This document shows, in pieces, positions 1 through 9,966 of a DNA stretch of 64,000 nucleotides; position 1 is the first letter of the stretch; each line of letters starts with the position of its first letter. The stretch comes from Opitutales bacterium (GTDB lineage Bacteria; Verrucomicrobiota; Verrucomicrobiia; Opitutales; PNEW01). The stretch is from assembly GCA_965197745.1 (NCBI GenBank), contig CBDANS010000007.1, positions 1,344,001 to 1,408,000 on the forward strand, read 5' to 3'. The notes under the pieces were generated by a model. It saw nothing but the letters and a program-made list of their open reading frames with translations, was not told the DNA's origin and made no database searches. The position numbers and the translations under genes are program-made.

Positions 1-520
1 GTATTTTTCCCTTTCGATGACTGCCGGGCACAATTCTTGTCGCCCCGTTTGTTTTATTAAAATCGTCAATTAACCAGATAGAATTACAGGCCACTTTTCC
101 CCATGCACCGGGTTTTACCGGTTTACCATAATCCTCATGAAGACGTTGAAGTCCATCTCCTGGCAATGCTTCACGACTATTTAACGATGAATGTTTAAAA
201 TCTTTTTGCAGGACATGCGCGATTGCAGCAAGCACCTTTGGTTGAGTAATACAAACCTCGAACCTGGGATCTTTATCGATAAGGTTACCCAACATCCTGG
301 ACCCCTCTTCCTGGTAGACTTCACTTCCTGCGTCTTCACCTTCCAGTTTTACCAACTCATCGAGTCGTGCGGAAAATGCTTTTAGCTGATCGGGTGAAAG
401 AACATCGCGTATAACTAAATAGCCCTGATCATCGAGAAATTGTCGCTCATCCTCGGTTAACAGGTCGGACGTGACATCGAGATCAGCCAAGGCTTGTTCC
501 ATCTTTTGAGAAAAACTCAT
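1..520 (-). CDS. Phytanoyl-CoA dioxygenase (PhyH) family protein, runs off the window start
   Basis: Manual translation from the ATG at 520: MSFSQKMEQALADL...QFLDDQGYLVIRDVLS...LQRLHED...SIWLIDDFNKTNGATRIVPGSH. HxD and 'NGATRIVPGSH' motifs are typical of PhyH. Absent from the ORF track because no stop lies in the window. Confidence 0.85.
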   Translation of the reverse strand, partial: MSFSQKMEQALADLDVTSDLLTEDERQFLDDQGYLVIRDVLSPDQLKAFSARLDELVKLEGEDAGSEVYQEEGSRMLGNLIDKDPRFEVCITQPKVLAAIAHVLQKDFKHSSLNSREALPGDGLQRLHEDYGKPVKPGAWGKVACNSIWLIDDFNKTNGATRIVPGSHRKGKI

Positions 521-708
521 ATGCGTTACTTGTTAGAGATGAAACTAAAGGTTAGAAAAAATCAGTAAACAGAGAAAATGCAACGCGTATTCTCTTCTCA
601 CTTTTTGACTGTTTGACTATCGTCATTCGACTATGTTCATACGGTCGGTGGAGACCATAGTAGTTTGATAATAAGGCAAATAATTGGTAATAATCGCCTT
701 GATAAAAA

Positions 709-785
709 TGGTCGGGCCGGAGAGATTCGAACTCTCGACCCCTTGCACCCCATGCAAGTACGCTACCAGACTGCGCTACGGCCCG
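709..785 (-). tRNA. tRNA-Pro(GGG)
   Basis: Reverse complement CGGGCCGTAGCGCAGTCTGGTAGCGTA-CTTGC-AT-GGG-GT-GCAAG-GGGTCGAGAGTTCGAATCTCTCCGGCCCGA-CCA; cloverleaf, T-loop GTTCGAA, encoded CCA. Confidence 0.97.
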
Positions 786-856
786 ACCGTAAAAGTTCGA
801 ATCTGCACTAAGATTTCAGGCCACGTCAAGTTAAAGATTAATCGTGGACAATGAGA

Positions 857-1786
857 TTAAAGTAATAATGCCTTGCGAGCTGAGCTCATCATCGTCTTGG
901 CAGGGACGGTTGCCTCACTCCAGATTTGAAGCGAACGAACACCCTGCCAGACCAGCATGGTGAGACCATTAGCTGCTTTCATATTTCGGTCTGCCGCATG
1001 CCGCAAGAGGGCGGTTTCGGCTGATTTATATGTGAGGTCATAAACTTTCAGGGAGTGATCAAAATGATCCAATTCAATAGGGGGGGGATCATCAGCATGT
1101 AAACCTAGGGAAGTGGCATTTATCAGTATTCCGGTTTTTGGCAGGTCGAGGGGAGGGGATTCAAGATTGAACCCTTTTGTTTTATTAAAAAATCGGTGGG
1201 TGCGCAAAATATCAAGTAGTGATGTAAGGCGATCTTGACTGCGATTGCCGATCCACAATTCCTTGCATCCGCTTTCCAGACATTGAACCGCAGCTGATCG
1301 ACTCGCGCCACCAGCGCCCAGGAGGATAATGGTTGCGTCTTTAAATTCCGCATCCAGGTCTAGATTAATCGCTTTTTCGAGACCGTATCCATCTGTATTG
1401 TAACCGTGATAACCGCTGTCCTGCCAATGGAGATTATTGACGGCGCCAATACGTTGCGCGGCAGGATCAACTTTTGCAATAAGCGGTAAAGCATCGACTT
1501 TATGGGGAAGAGTAAGACTGAGCCCCATGAATTTATTCTTGTAGAATAACGACAGGGCCGTGGCCAGGTCTTCAGGTAGAATATCAAACTTGAAATAACG
1601 CCAATTTGAAAAACGTGCGTCATCATTACTCATTAACGAGAGGGCTGCATTATGCATCGAGGGACTGATCGAGTGAGCAATGGGATGACCGACAACGGCA
1701 AGAGAAACACCTTCGAATTTCCAGTTCTCGAGGTCAGTCAGGGTATCTACTCTGTCAGTATCAGAATCGTTCGCGAATGCCATCAA
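857..1786 (-). CDS. aroE: Shikimate dehydrogenase
   Basis: GHPIAHSISPSMHN, TLPHK, GAVN, NTDGYG, GAGGAS, INATSLG, NGLTMLVWQG motifs. Confidence 0.93.
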   Translation of the reverse strand: MMAFANDSDTDRVDTLTDLENWKFEGVSLAVVGHPIAHSISPSMHNAALSLMSNDDARFSNWRYFKFDILPEDLATALSLFYKNKFMGLSLTLPHKVDALPLIAKVDPAAQRIGAVNNLHWQDSGYHGYNTDGYGLEKAINLDLDAEFKDATIILLGAGGASRSAAVQCLESGCKELWIGNRSQDRLTSLLDILRTHRFFNKTKGFNLESPPLDLPKTGILINATSLGLHADDPPPIELDHFDHSLKVYDLTYKSAETALLRHAADRNMKAANGLTMLVWQGVRSLQIWSEATVPAKTMMSSARKALLL

Positions 1787-2650
1787 TCAAGATTTAGCAT
1801 GCCGTTCATATATCAATTCAAACTCGCGAACGAAACTGGCAAATAACCTGACGCGCTCGGGGTTATTTTCCAAGGTATACTGACGCACCAGATTCATGCA
1901 GCTGCGACATAAAATTTGCCCGATGGGAATTGGGGCTAGATAGCTAGGCTTAGGATTTAATTTATTATTACGCAGAAATTCATACAAGTCCTCAGCCATG
2001 CGAAATCCTCCCCGTTCATAAGGATCAATATAAAATGGGGTATCCTCAAGAAAGCATCCCACTAAAAATCGAACGGGCATGCCTATCGGTTCAAGATTGA
2101 TGCCACATCGCTGTGCGACAAGAATGTAAAGGATAGAGAGGGTGATGGGTATTCCTTTGCGACGGGCCAGGACCTGGCTGATAAAACTGTTCATGGGATC
2201 GTCAAAATTTTCTTTATTACTGCGAAATTCAAATTCGTGAAAGATAACCCGATTTAATACTTTACATTTCTCCCAGGGAGAACTGGGCAGGATCATTAGC
2301 TCGCGGCAACGTGCGGCAATGGCATCTATTTGTATACAGCATTCCGCCACATCGATATTGGGAAACACGGTTCGATCAAGAAGAAGACTCCCGGTCTCCA
2401 GTTCATAATTTAATGATCTTATAAACCGATAATACTCGGTGATGGTATCGTAGCCGGAAATTTCATGAAGAATTTCACGAGCATGAGAGGCGAGTATTCT
2501 ATTGTTGTCCTGAGATAATTTTTGCAAAAGGGTGATGCCGTTTTCATCCATCCTTTTTAATTCTTTCAGCAAAGCTTCCTGCACCACGGGTGTTTCGTCA
2601 TCCATCAGGCGGATGAGGGCATTTTCATGTTTGCTATTAACTCTTTTCAC
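1787..2650 (-). CDS. SirB1/transglutaminase-like (Transglut_core2) family protein
   Basis: NSFISQVLARRKGIPITLSILY, PIGMP, YIDPY motifs. Confidence 0.8.
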   Translation of the reverse strand: MKRVNSKHENALIRLMDDETPVVQEALLKELKRMDENGITLLQKLSQDNNRILASHAREILHEISGYDTITEYYRFIRSLNYELETGSLLLDRTVFPNIDVAECCIQIDAIAARCRELMILPSSPWEKCKVLNRVIFHEFEFRSNKENFDDPMNSFISQVLARRKGIPITLSILYILVAQRCGINLEPIGMPVRFLVGCFLEDTPFYIDPYERGGFRMAEDLYEFLRNNKLNPKPSYLAPIPIGQILCRSCMNLVRQYTLENNPERVRLFASFVREFELIYERHAKS

Positions 2651-2789
2651 AGCCTTGTCTTCATTAAAACATAATTCATCTTTCCGGCAATCATGAAATC
2701 AATGTTTTCTCTAGCTTGAAAATAATTAAAAGTAAAAGATGATCTAATATTACGACGTCAAAAAAAAATTTATTTTCAAACTTTCAATG

Positions 2790-3482
2790 TCATTTCCGTT
2801 CACCAAAAAGTGCGGTACCTATTCGCAGTAAAGTACTACCTGCTTTAATGGCTTGAATCATGTCACCGGTCATGCCCATGGAAAGTTCAGAAAGTTTGAT
2901 CTTGAATTGTGAAGAAAGCGAATCACGTAAAATATGGAGACGTTCAAAACAGGCGGTGGCGACATCGGTATTTTTATCGAGGGGCGCTATCGTCATGAGT
3001 CCTTCAACTTTGATATTTTTACATTGAAGAGCTGACTCAAGGAGCGCGGGCGCCTCATCTGGATTGGCCCCGTGTTTTGCTGGATCTTCTCCCGCATTTA
3101 TCTGTAAGAGGACAGGGAGTGTTTTATTCAACTCAGCACTATATTTATCCAACGCGGTCAGGACCTTCATACGGTCAATCGATTGAATACGGTCAAAATG
3201 AGCAGCGGCTACTTTTGCTTTATTGGATTGCAGGTGACCTATTAATTCCCAGTGGATATCCGGTTTTTTTATTTCCATTTTTTCAATCGCTTCCTGGACC
3301 CGATTTTCGCCGATCACCTGTAAACCATAACGTTTGGCATATTCTACCGCGGAATAAGGGTGTGACTTTGTCACCGCCATCAGTTTTATCTCTGAAGGAT
3401 CGCGCCCGCATTGAGCGCAAACTTCAGCGATTCTCACTTCTATTTCCCGGGTGTTATTCTCGAATTCAGCGTAAGTTATCAT
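2790..3482 (-). CDS. yggS: PLP homeostasis protein, YggS family
   Basis: MAVTK, GENRVQE, WELIGHLQSNK, GLMTI, LSMGMT, GSTLLRIGTALFGER. Confidence 0.95.
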   Translation of the reverse strand: MITYAEFENNTREIEVRIAEVCAQCGRDPSEIKLMAVTKSHPYSAVEYAKRYGLQVIGENRVQEAIEKMEIKKPDIHWELIGHLQSNKAKVAAAHFDRIQSIDRMKVLTALDKYSAELNKTLPVLLQINAGEDPAKHGANPDEAPALLESALQCKNIKVEGLMTIAPLDKNTDVATACFERLHILRDSLSSQFKIKLSELSMGMTGDMIQAIKAGSTLLRIGTALFGERK

Positions 3483-3564
3483 TGATTCTCACGACCGCTA
3501 TCTTAATAAGAAATGCTGTATTGATGTTTGCAAATTGATTAGATTTATTTATATAAGATTAACC

Positions 3565-4449
3565 ATGCACATTGAAAATTTCAAAATATTTTCAGATTTA
3601 GTTGAAAGCCAGAGCTTTTCGCGTGCAGCGAAGTTGAATGGGATTACCCAATCGGCGGTGAGCCAGCAACTGCGGGCTATGGAAAAACATTTTAAGGTAA
3701 TTATCGTGGATCGCAGCCAGAAACAATTCCGCCTGACGCTGGAGGGGCAAAAGCTGTATGAAAGCGCGAAAGACATACTCCACCGCTATGAGAAGCTGGA
3801 TAGTGAGCTAATGGAGATGAAAAAGGTGATCAGTGGAACCATACACATCTCAACCATATACAGTATCGGGTTGCATGAACTGCCCCCCTATATCACAAGT
3901 TTTCTGCAAAAATTTCCCTCCGTAAATGTACGGGTTGAATATCGGCGGTCGAATATGGTTTACGAAGACATCGTGCATAATTCTGTTGATTTCGGCCTCG
4001 TTGCCTATCCCACAAAGATGCGGCAGTTGGAAATAATACCTTTTATGGAGGACCGGTTGGCAGTGATTTGCAGTCCTGCTCACGCGATCGGAAAAAAGCA
4101 GGGCGTTGAAATCAAGGAGCTCAAGGGCCACAGACTTGTTAGTTTTGAAAAGGACATCCCGACCCGAAAAGCTATCGACCAGTTATTTAAAGAAAACAAA
4201 ATAGAGATCGATTCCATAATGGAATTCGACAATATTGAAACCTTAAAACGCGCTGTGGAAATCAATGCGGGTATCGCGATTCTGCCGCAAACTACCGTTC
4301 AGCAGGAAGTAAAACAGGGTCAGTTGAAAATTGTCCCGATTAAAGGTAAAAAGATAGTCCGGCCACTTGCCATTCTTCATCGCAAAGGCAGGGTACTGAC
4401 ACCGGCAATGAAGAAATTTATCATTAACCTTACGGGTAAAGCCAACTGA
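3565..4449 (+). CDS. LysR-family transcriptional regulator
   Basis: N-terminal HTH (SFSRAAKLNGITQSAVSQQLRAME) plus substrate-binding domain; ATG at 3565 preferred over the track start. Confidence 0.93.
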   Translation: MHIENFKIFSDLVESQSFSRAAKLNGITQSAVSQQLRAMEKHFKVIIVDRSQKQFRLTLEGQKLYESAKDILHRYEKLDSELMEMKKVISGTIHISTIYSIGLHELPPYITSFLQKFPSVNVRVEYRRSNMVYEDIVHNSVDFGLVAYPTKMRQLEIIPFMEDRLAVICSPAHAIGKKQGVEIKELKGHRLVSFEKDIPTRKAIDQLFKENKIEIDSIMEFDNIETLKRAVEINAGIAILPQTTVQQEVKQGQLKIVPIKGKKIVRPLAILHRKGRVLTPAMKKFIINLTGKAN

Positions 4450-4666
4450 GATCCAGTAAAAGTGAATAGCCTATAGTATCCTGTTAATATCTTCGTCTGC
4501 CTCCCGGATTAATTTTCGACAATATTACGTCAGGAATTTTTCAACCTAAGATGGAGCCGGCTGACTCTGGCGCGCTTCTAAGATCCCAACTGGGACAAGC
4601 GTACTGAAGTTCATTATAATTTTATATCAGTATGGTAACTGAAATTAATTCTAACTCGATCCATAG

Positions 4667-6724
4667 GTGGAAAAAGAAGATTTATCAGTAGATGCTTCAT
4701 GTGGAGTGGAGTCCGGGCACGGATCATCTGATTCTATTAATCTAAAATTCAGATTTTGGATCGCGATTGTTTTTTCCCTGCCGGTTCTTCTCCTAGCCAT
4801 GGCAGAAATGGTCCCGTATCTTAATATTAATGAGATCCTCTCTTATAATCTAAATTTATGGCTGCAATTTCTTTTCGCAACCCCCGTGATATGCTGGGCG
4901 GGTTTTCCATTTTTCAAATGGGGATGGCAATCTATAATCAAGAGGGACTTAAATATGTGGACTTTAATCTCTCTCGGTACCGGAACCGCATATAGCTTTA
5001 GCCTATTAGCACTTGTCGCACCTGATATTTTTCCCGCCTCACTTATCGGTGATGGTATGGCACCTGTTTATTTTGAGTCTGCCGTGGTTATTATCACCCT
5101 CGTCCTTTTTGGGCAGATGCTCGAAGCCCGGGCCAGTGAGCGGACGGGAGATGCCATTCGCGGTTTGCTTGACCGAGCGCCCAAAATGGCCTGCCGCATT
5201 GAAGATCAGGGAGATAATAATGTCCCCCTCGAAGCTGTTGAAATAAATGATCGATTAAGGGTGCTCCCCGGCGAAAAAGTGCCGGTAGATGGAATTATTA
5301 TTGAAGGGACGAGTTCATTAGACGAATCCATGATAAGCGGTGAATCGATACCGGTCGATAAATCTGTAGGGGATGGAGTAATTGGGGGAACCCTGAACAA
5401 TGAAGGTGCATTTATTATGCGAGCCGAAAAGATTGGATCGGAAACAGTTTTAGCGAGGATTATAGAGTTAGTCTCCAATGCCCAGAAGAGTCGGGCGCCT
5501 ATCCAGCGGGTGGCCGACCGGGTGTCTGCATACTTTGTTCCAGCAGTTATAGCGATGGCTTTACTTACTTTTCTTGTCTGGGCACTATGGGGCCCGGAAC
5601 CGAGACTTAGCTTCGCGCTTATCAATATGGTATCGGTTCTTATCATCGCATGTCCTTGCGCCCTTGGTTTGGCCACTCCCATGTCGATCATCGTTGGTGT
5701 AGGACGCGGCGCACAAGCCGGTGTCTTTATCAGGGATGCCATAGCACTTGAAACATTGAATGGTATAGAAGCACTAGTCCTCGATAAAACCGGAACCTTG
5801 ACTGCGGGGCGGCCCCGCGTGATGGATATTCAGGTCTTTAATCAGTGGCAGGAAAGGGACTTGCTTCAATATGCGGCCACTCTGGAAAAAAACAGCACCC
5901 ATCCCCTGGCAAGAGCGATCGTCAAAGCAGCGGAAGAAGAAAATGTCTCATTACTGAAATCAGAAGCTATAAGATCCGTCCCCGGAGGTGGTATCGAAGG
6001 TGTTATAAATGGTCGAAAAATAAATATCGGAAAGTCCCCATGGCTAAAGAGTGTGGGCGTTGAAATTCCGGATAAGATTTTGCAAAAGGTGACTGACTTC
6101 AGTGGTGGGGGCCGCACCCCGGTATTTGTCGCGGTGAATAATACCCTATCCGGTTATCTGGCATTATCAGATTCGGTTAAAAGGAACACAAAGGAAGTCG
6201 TTGAAAATCTTCAATCAATGGGGATGCGACTCATAATGTTAACGGGTGATAGTGCCGGCGCGGCGAAGGCCGTTGCCGATGAATTAAAAATTAATGAATA
6301 TTACGCTGAAGTATCTCCCGCGGATAAAAACGCACTGGTGATGGAATTAAAAGCTAATCGTTTAAAAGTTGCGATGGCAGGTGATGGCGTTAACGATGCA
6401 CCGGCTCTCACTGCAGCTGATGTAGGAATAGCTATGGGTAAAGGTTCTGATGTTGCCATCGAAAGCGCGGACATCACTTTGGTAAAAGGAGATTTACGCG
6501 GAATTGAAAAAGCGCTTCACCTCAGCCGGTATACTTTGCGCAATATAAAGCAAAATCTGTTTTTTGCTTTTGTTTATAATGCATTAAGCATTCCCATTGC
6601 CGGCGGTATTCTTTACCCCTTTTTTGGCATACTCTTAAATCCAATGATTGCCGGGGCCGCGATGAGCCTGAGCTCACTCTCTGTTGTCGGTAACGCCTTA
6701 AGGTTAAGAAAAATTACTTTGTAA
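4667..6724 (+). CDS. Cu(I)/Ag(I)-translocating P1B-type ATPase (CopA-like)
   Basis: SGES, CPC, DKTGT, HP, TGD, GDGVND, YN and MSLSS motifs of P1B-1 ATPases. Confidence 0.92.
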   Translation: MEKEDLSVDASCGVESGHGSSDSINLKFRFWIAIVFSLPVLLLAMAEMVPYLNINEILSYNLNLWLQFLFATPVICWAGFPFFKWGWQSIIKRDLNMWTLISLGTGTAYSFSLLALVAPDIFPASLIGDGMAPVYFESAVVIITLVLFGQMLEARASERTGDAIRGLLDRAPKMACRIEDQGDNNVPLEAVEINDRLRVLPGEKVPVDGIIIEGTSSLDESMISGESIPVDKSVGDGVIGGTLNNEGAFIMRAEKIGSETVLARIIELVSNAQKSRAPIQRVADRVSAYFVPAVIAMALLTFLVWALWGPEPRLSFALINMVSVLIIACPCALGLATPMSIIVGVGRGAQAGVFIRDAIALETLNGIEALVLDKTGTLTAGRPRVMDIQVFNQWQERDLLQYAATLEKNSTHPLARAIVKAAEEENVSLLKSEAIRSVPGGGIEGVINGRKINIGKSPWLKSVGVEIPDKILQKVTDFSGGGRTPVFVAVNNTLSGYLALSDSVKRNTKEVVENLQSMGMRLIMLTGDSAGAAKAVADELKINEYYAEVSPADKNALVMELKANRLKVAMAGDGVNDAPALTAADVGIAMGKGSDVAIESADITLVKGDLRGIEKALHLSRYTLRNIKQNLFFAFVYNALSIPIAGGILYPFFGILLNPMIAGAAMSLSSLSVVGNALRLRKITL

Positions 6725-7065
6725 TACAGGATGCAGGTATGTCTATCGGTTCTTATTAAAGAAAATAAACTGCGGATAGCGCGAATGGATACGGATGTTG
6801 AGGTATGGAGGCACGCGCGGGGCTTGTCGGACAAGCCCACCGGGTGACGGCTGATCGCGTCCGAGATGCATCATAAAATTCTTTTTAATCCGCTTTCTAT
6901 TTAATTAATACCCGTATTGCTCAGGAAACAGGATCGGAGTCTATGCAATAACAAATCAAGTTTTTCATTTAGTGGACGCACCAAAGCGCGTCCCTCCAGA
7001 CTTGTTATATTCTCCAGCTCTTCACCCGGGAAGATAAAAGGAGACCCTGAATTATTTTCTTAAAG

Positions 7066-7142
7066 TGGTAGGCCGGCCGGGACTCGAACCCGGAACCAAT
7101 GGCTTAAAAGGCCACTGCTCTACCAAATTGAGCTACCGACCC
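7066..7142 (-). tRNA. tRNA-Lys(TTT)
   Basis: Reverse complement GGGTCGGTAGCTCAATTTGGTAGAGCAG-TGGC-CT-TTT-AA-GCCA-TTGGTTCCGGGTTCGAGTCCCGGCCGGCCTA-CCA. Confidence 0.97.
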
Positions 7143-7253
7143 GAAACCGAATAAGTAAGCGGTAAATTGCTATTGTCAAGTTATATACGGTGTTTTTCAC
7201 CTGAATTTTGTCGTCAAAAACTATAGTCAGTGATATCATATTGTAACAAAAAA

Positions 7254-7327
7254 AGTGGGATAAATAGTGGGAATAATTTTGGGATAAAAACCTTTTTCCA
7301 TTGAAAGATAGGGTTTTTTATCCCACT
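7254..7327. promoter_or_regulatory. Cluster of TGGGATAAA motifs, putative integrase arm-type binding sites
   Basis: AGTGGGATAAA 7254-7264, AGTGGGAATAA 7266-7276, TGGGATAAAAACC 7280-7292 and inverted TTTATCCCACT 7317-7327, directly upstream of the integrase. Function is inferred. Confidence 0.45.
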
Positions 7328-7357
7328 GTAGACAAAGGTATAAGAGCTGGTAAGACG

Positions 7358-8536
7358 ATGATCCATTCCAAGAATGATATTAACCTGTATAAAATGGGAA
7401 AGCAACCTGTATGGTATTACAGGTTCCGAGTCAAGGTCGACAGGGGGGGCTATTGGGGAAGTAAAGAGGTGCGCCGCAGCACGGGTTTAACCGATAAAAA
7501 GGCAGCAAAAGACTTCGCCTGGGTCGATTATTTAAGAGAGAGCGGTTCTGCTGTTCAATCGGTAAGAATGCCACGCAGAAACGATTTTCCGACGATCTGG
7601 GAAATCTGTGACCTTTACGAATCAAAGATAGGGGCTCGTGCCCGGATTAAAAGGGAAACAGCACACGAGAATGTCATGGCACTAAAGAGAATTATCTCGA
7701 CTGGCTCAGGTAGCAATGATCCGGCAGCCGAGAGAGTTACTATTTTAAATGAACCTTTAGTAATCTCATACCGCTCTAAGCGCTATGAAGGTGTTAATCG
7801 CGAATACGAGCGGGAAGACGATCTCAAGCTGAACTACTCCCTTAACAGTTACTTAAGAAAAGCGCAGAATGTATTCAGTAAAAAAGCAATGAAGCTCTAC
7901 AAAGAGGAGGGCTACAAGTTTCCAGATATTACAGGATTTATGGAGATAGGAAAGCTGGCTCAGGATGATACTAAATTTATTCCCATTGATGAGGATATAG
8001 ATCGCCGAATGATTGAGGATGCAAACACAGTCCTCACAAAAGAGAAACCGGAGTTATTTGTTATCTTCGAGCTTGCACGGTTCTGCGGGCTAAGATCAGG
8101 TGAAATATTAAGCTTACGCTGGCATTGGATCCAGAAGAGTAAGAATGGCTATGATATCGCAATTATCTATCGTACTCCCAGAACAGACCCATCTAAAGAG
8201 GAGTTTAAGCCCAAGTCGCGCAATCGCTGGGTGCCGGTATCAACGAAGAGGGTAAACAAGTGGAAACGTCTTTTACCAGCTGAGAATGGTACGGACTTTG
8301 TAATCCCTGGAAAGAATAAGACCTGGCGTTCAGGTTTGATCGAGCGCGATGCCTGCAATTGGGTAAGACCATATATACCGGGACGCACCAAGCGCGTGCA
8401 TGAACTGCGTAAACAGGCTGGCAGTGATATTGCCACACGCTACGGCCTTATGGCTGCCGCACAATTCCTGGGTGATTCGATAGCAGTCACCGAAAAGCAT
8501 TATGCGTCGCTGCTTAAACCAGTGCCGCCACTATAA
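7358..8536 (+). CDS. Tyrosine recombinase / phage-type integrase
   Basis: CGLRSGEILSLRW (catalytic R), PKS (K), HELRK (HxxR), LGDSIAVTEKHY (Y); N-terminal WYYRFRV/RRSTG arm-binding-like region. Start uncertain (7301 TTG or 7358 ATG). Confidence 0.9.
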   Translation: MIHSKNDINLYKMGKQPVWYYRFRVKVDRGGYWGSKEVRRSTGLTDKKAAKDFAWVDYLRESGSAVQSVRMPRRNDFPTIWEICDLYESKIGARARIKRETAHENVMALKRIISTGSGSNDPAAERVTILNEPLVISYRSKRYEGVNREYEREDDLKLNYSLNSYLRKAQNVFSKKAMKLYKEEGYKFPDITGFMEIGKLAQDDTKFIPIDEDIDRRMIEDANTVLTKEKPELFVIFELARFCGLRSGEILSLRWHWIQKSKNGYDIAIIYRTPRTDPSKEEFKPKSRNRWVPVSTKRVNKWKRLLPAENGTDFVIPGKNKTWRSGLIERDACNWVRPYIPGRTKRVHELRKQAGSDIATRYGLMAAAQFLGDSIAVTEKHYASLLKPVPPL

Positions 8537-8720
8537 CTACATTATAAATAATAAAATAAATCAGATTTTAAAATATAATTGCATATAATGATTTCAATAC
8601 ACTCATTCAAGTAACTGAATATCACTTATAGCACCATTTTTATTAGAAAGAGGTGGTCGTGACCACGAAAACTGGTCCACTTGAAAAGTTAGTCTGGTCC
8701 AACTAGAAAGGACACAGACA

Positions 8721-8987
8721 ATGAAAGGCAAAAGATACACGACCGAAGAGAAAATACGGATGCTGCGCCAGGCGGACAAAGGGAAAACGATCCTGGAAGC
8801 ATGCCGCGAGAACAACATAAGCGAACAGACCTTCCACCGCTGGAAACGTGAGTTTGGGATGATTGATGTCAACCAGGCCAAGCGGATGAAGGAGCTCGAG
8901 AAGGAGAACGCGCGGTTAAAACGGATGCTGGCGGACAAGATGCTGGGGATAGAGATCCTGCAGGAGACCCTCGAAAAAAAACTGTAA
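8721..8987 (+). CDS. IS3 transposase OrfA (HTH)
   Basis: RYTTEEKIRML...CRENNISEQTFHRWK...ELEKENARLKRML; ends in an A8C slippery run at 8974-8982. Confidence 0.92.
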   Translation: MKGKRYTTEEKIRMLRQADKGKTILEACRENNISEQTFHRWKREFGMIDVNQAKRMKELEKENARLKRMLADKMLGIEILQETLEKKL

Positions 8988-9931
8988 GCCCTGGGCACAA
9001 GCGGCAAGTGGCAGAGAGACTTGTGACTCGGGGCCAGTGTTCGATGCGAGCGGGGTGCCGGTACTTTCGGCTGCACCGTTCCACCTATGCGTATAGGGCC
9101 AAGCATCCGGATGCCTGGCTAACGAAACTAAAAGCGGCAGTAAGGCGGTTATCACGGCAATACGCGAGGTGGGGCTATCCCAAGATCACGAAGCTGTTGA
9201 AGGACGAAGGCTGGCAGGTGGGTAAACGTCTCGTGCAAGGTCTGCGACGTGAACTGGGTCTGGCGATCCCCCCACGCAAGCCAAGACGCCGGCGCAGGGG
9301 TGTCTGCACCGGGCTACCGACAAAGGCCGAACATCCCGACCATGTTTGGACCTGGGATTTTATCCACGATAAGACGGTTCGCGGCGGCAGTCTAAAAATG
9401 CTGACCGTGCTCGATGAGTACACCCGCGAGTGCCGGGTGATCCATGTTGATCGCCATATCAATGCGGAAACGGTGCGCGGTATCATGCAAAAACTGCTCG
9501 ACCGGCATGGGCCGCCAAAATATATTCGTAGCGACAACGGTTCCGAGTTTATTGAAAGCCAATTGAGAGCCTGGCTAACTGCGATGAAAATCAAAACCCT
9601 CTATATCGAACCAGCAAGCCCTTGGCAGAACGGATACATTGAATCGTTCCATGCCCGTTTTCGCGAGGAGTGTTTAAACCGTGAACAGTTATGGACTTTG
9701 ACCGAAGCCCGCGTGGTCATCGAAGATTGGCGCTGGCTTTACAATCATGTCCGACCCCACCGCAGCCTCGGCAACATCACTCCACGGCACTTCACTGAAA
9801 ACCTCAATACCGAAGGCTCGGGCTCCATTCGGGCTACGCCCTCATTGCGCCCAAGCCTTGACTTCCTCTACCAACTTAACTTCAACATTAACCTCTCCAG
9901 ACTAACTCTCCCGGTGGACCAGTTTGTGTAA
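8981..9931 (+). CDS. IS3 transposase OrfB (DDE), expressed by -1 frameshift
   Basis: WTWDF, DEYTRE, RSDNGSEF, PWQNGYIESF, YNHVRPHRSLG; frame is -1 relative to orfA across the A8 run. Confidence 0.92.
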   Translation, partial: TVSPGHKRQVAERLVTRGQCSMRAGCRYFRLHRSTYAYRAKHPDAWLTKLKAAVRRLSRQYARWGYPKITKLLKDEGWQVGKRLVQGLRRELGLAIPPRKPRRRRRGVCTGLPTKAEHPDHVWTWDFIHDKTVRGGSLKMLTVLDEYTRECRVIHVDRHINAETVRGIMQKLLDRHGPPKYIRSDNGSEFIESQLRAWLTAMKIKTLYIEPASPWQNGYIESFHARFREECLNREQLWTLTEARVVIEDWRWLYNHVRPHRSLGNITPRHFTENLNTEGSGSIRATPSLRPSLDFLYQLNFNINLSRLTLPVDQFV

Positions 9932-9966
9932 CCCGACCACATATTCAGAAAAATATCGAGGATGGA

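Larger units (their letters stand above)
8654..9939 (+). mobile_element. IS3-family insertion sequence, copy A (apparently intact, 1286 bp)
   Basis: TG...CA ends; IRL TGGTCGTGACCACGAAAACTGGTCCAC, IRR (rc) TGGTCGGGTTACACAAACTGGTCCAC; orfA plus orfB in the -1 frame; no target duplication. Confidence 0.95.
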
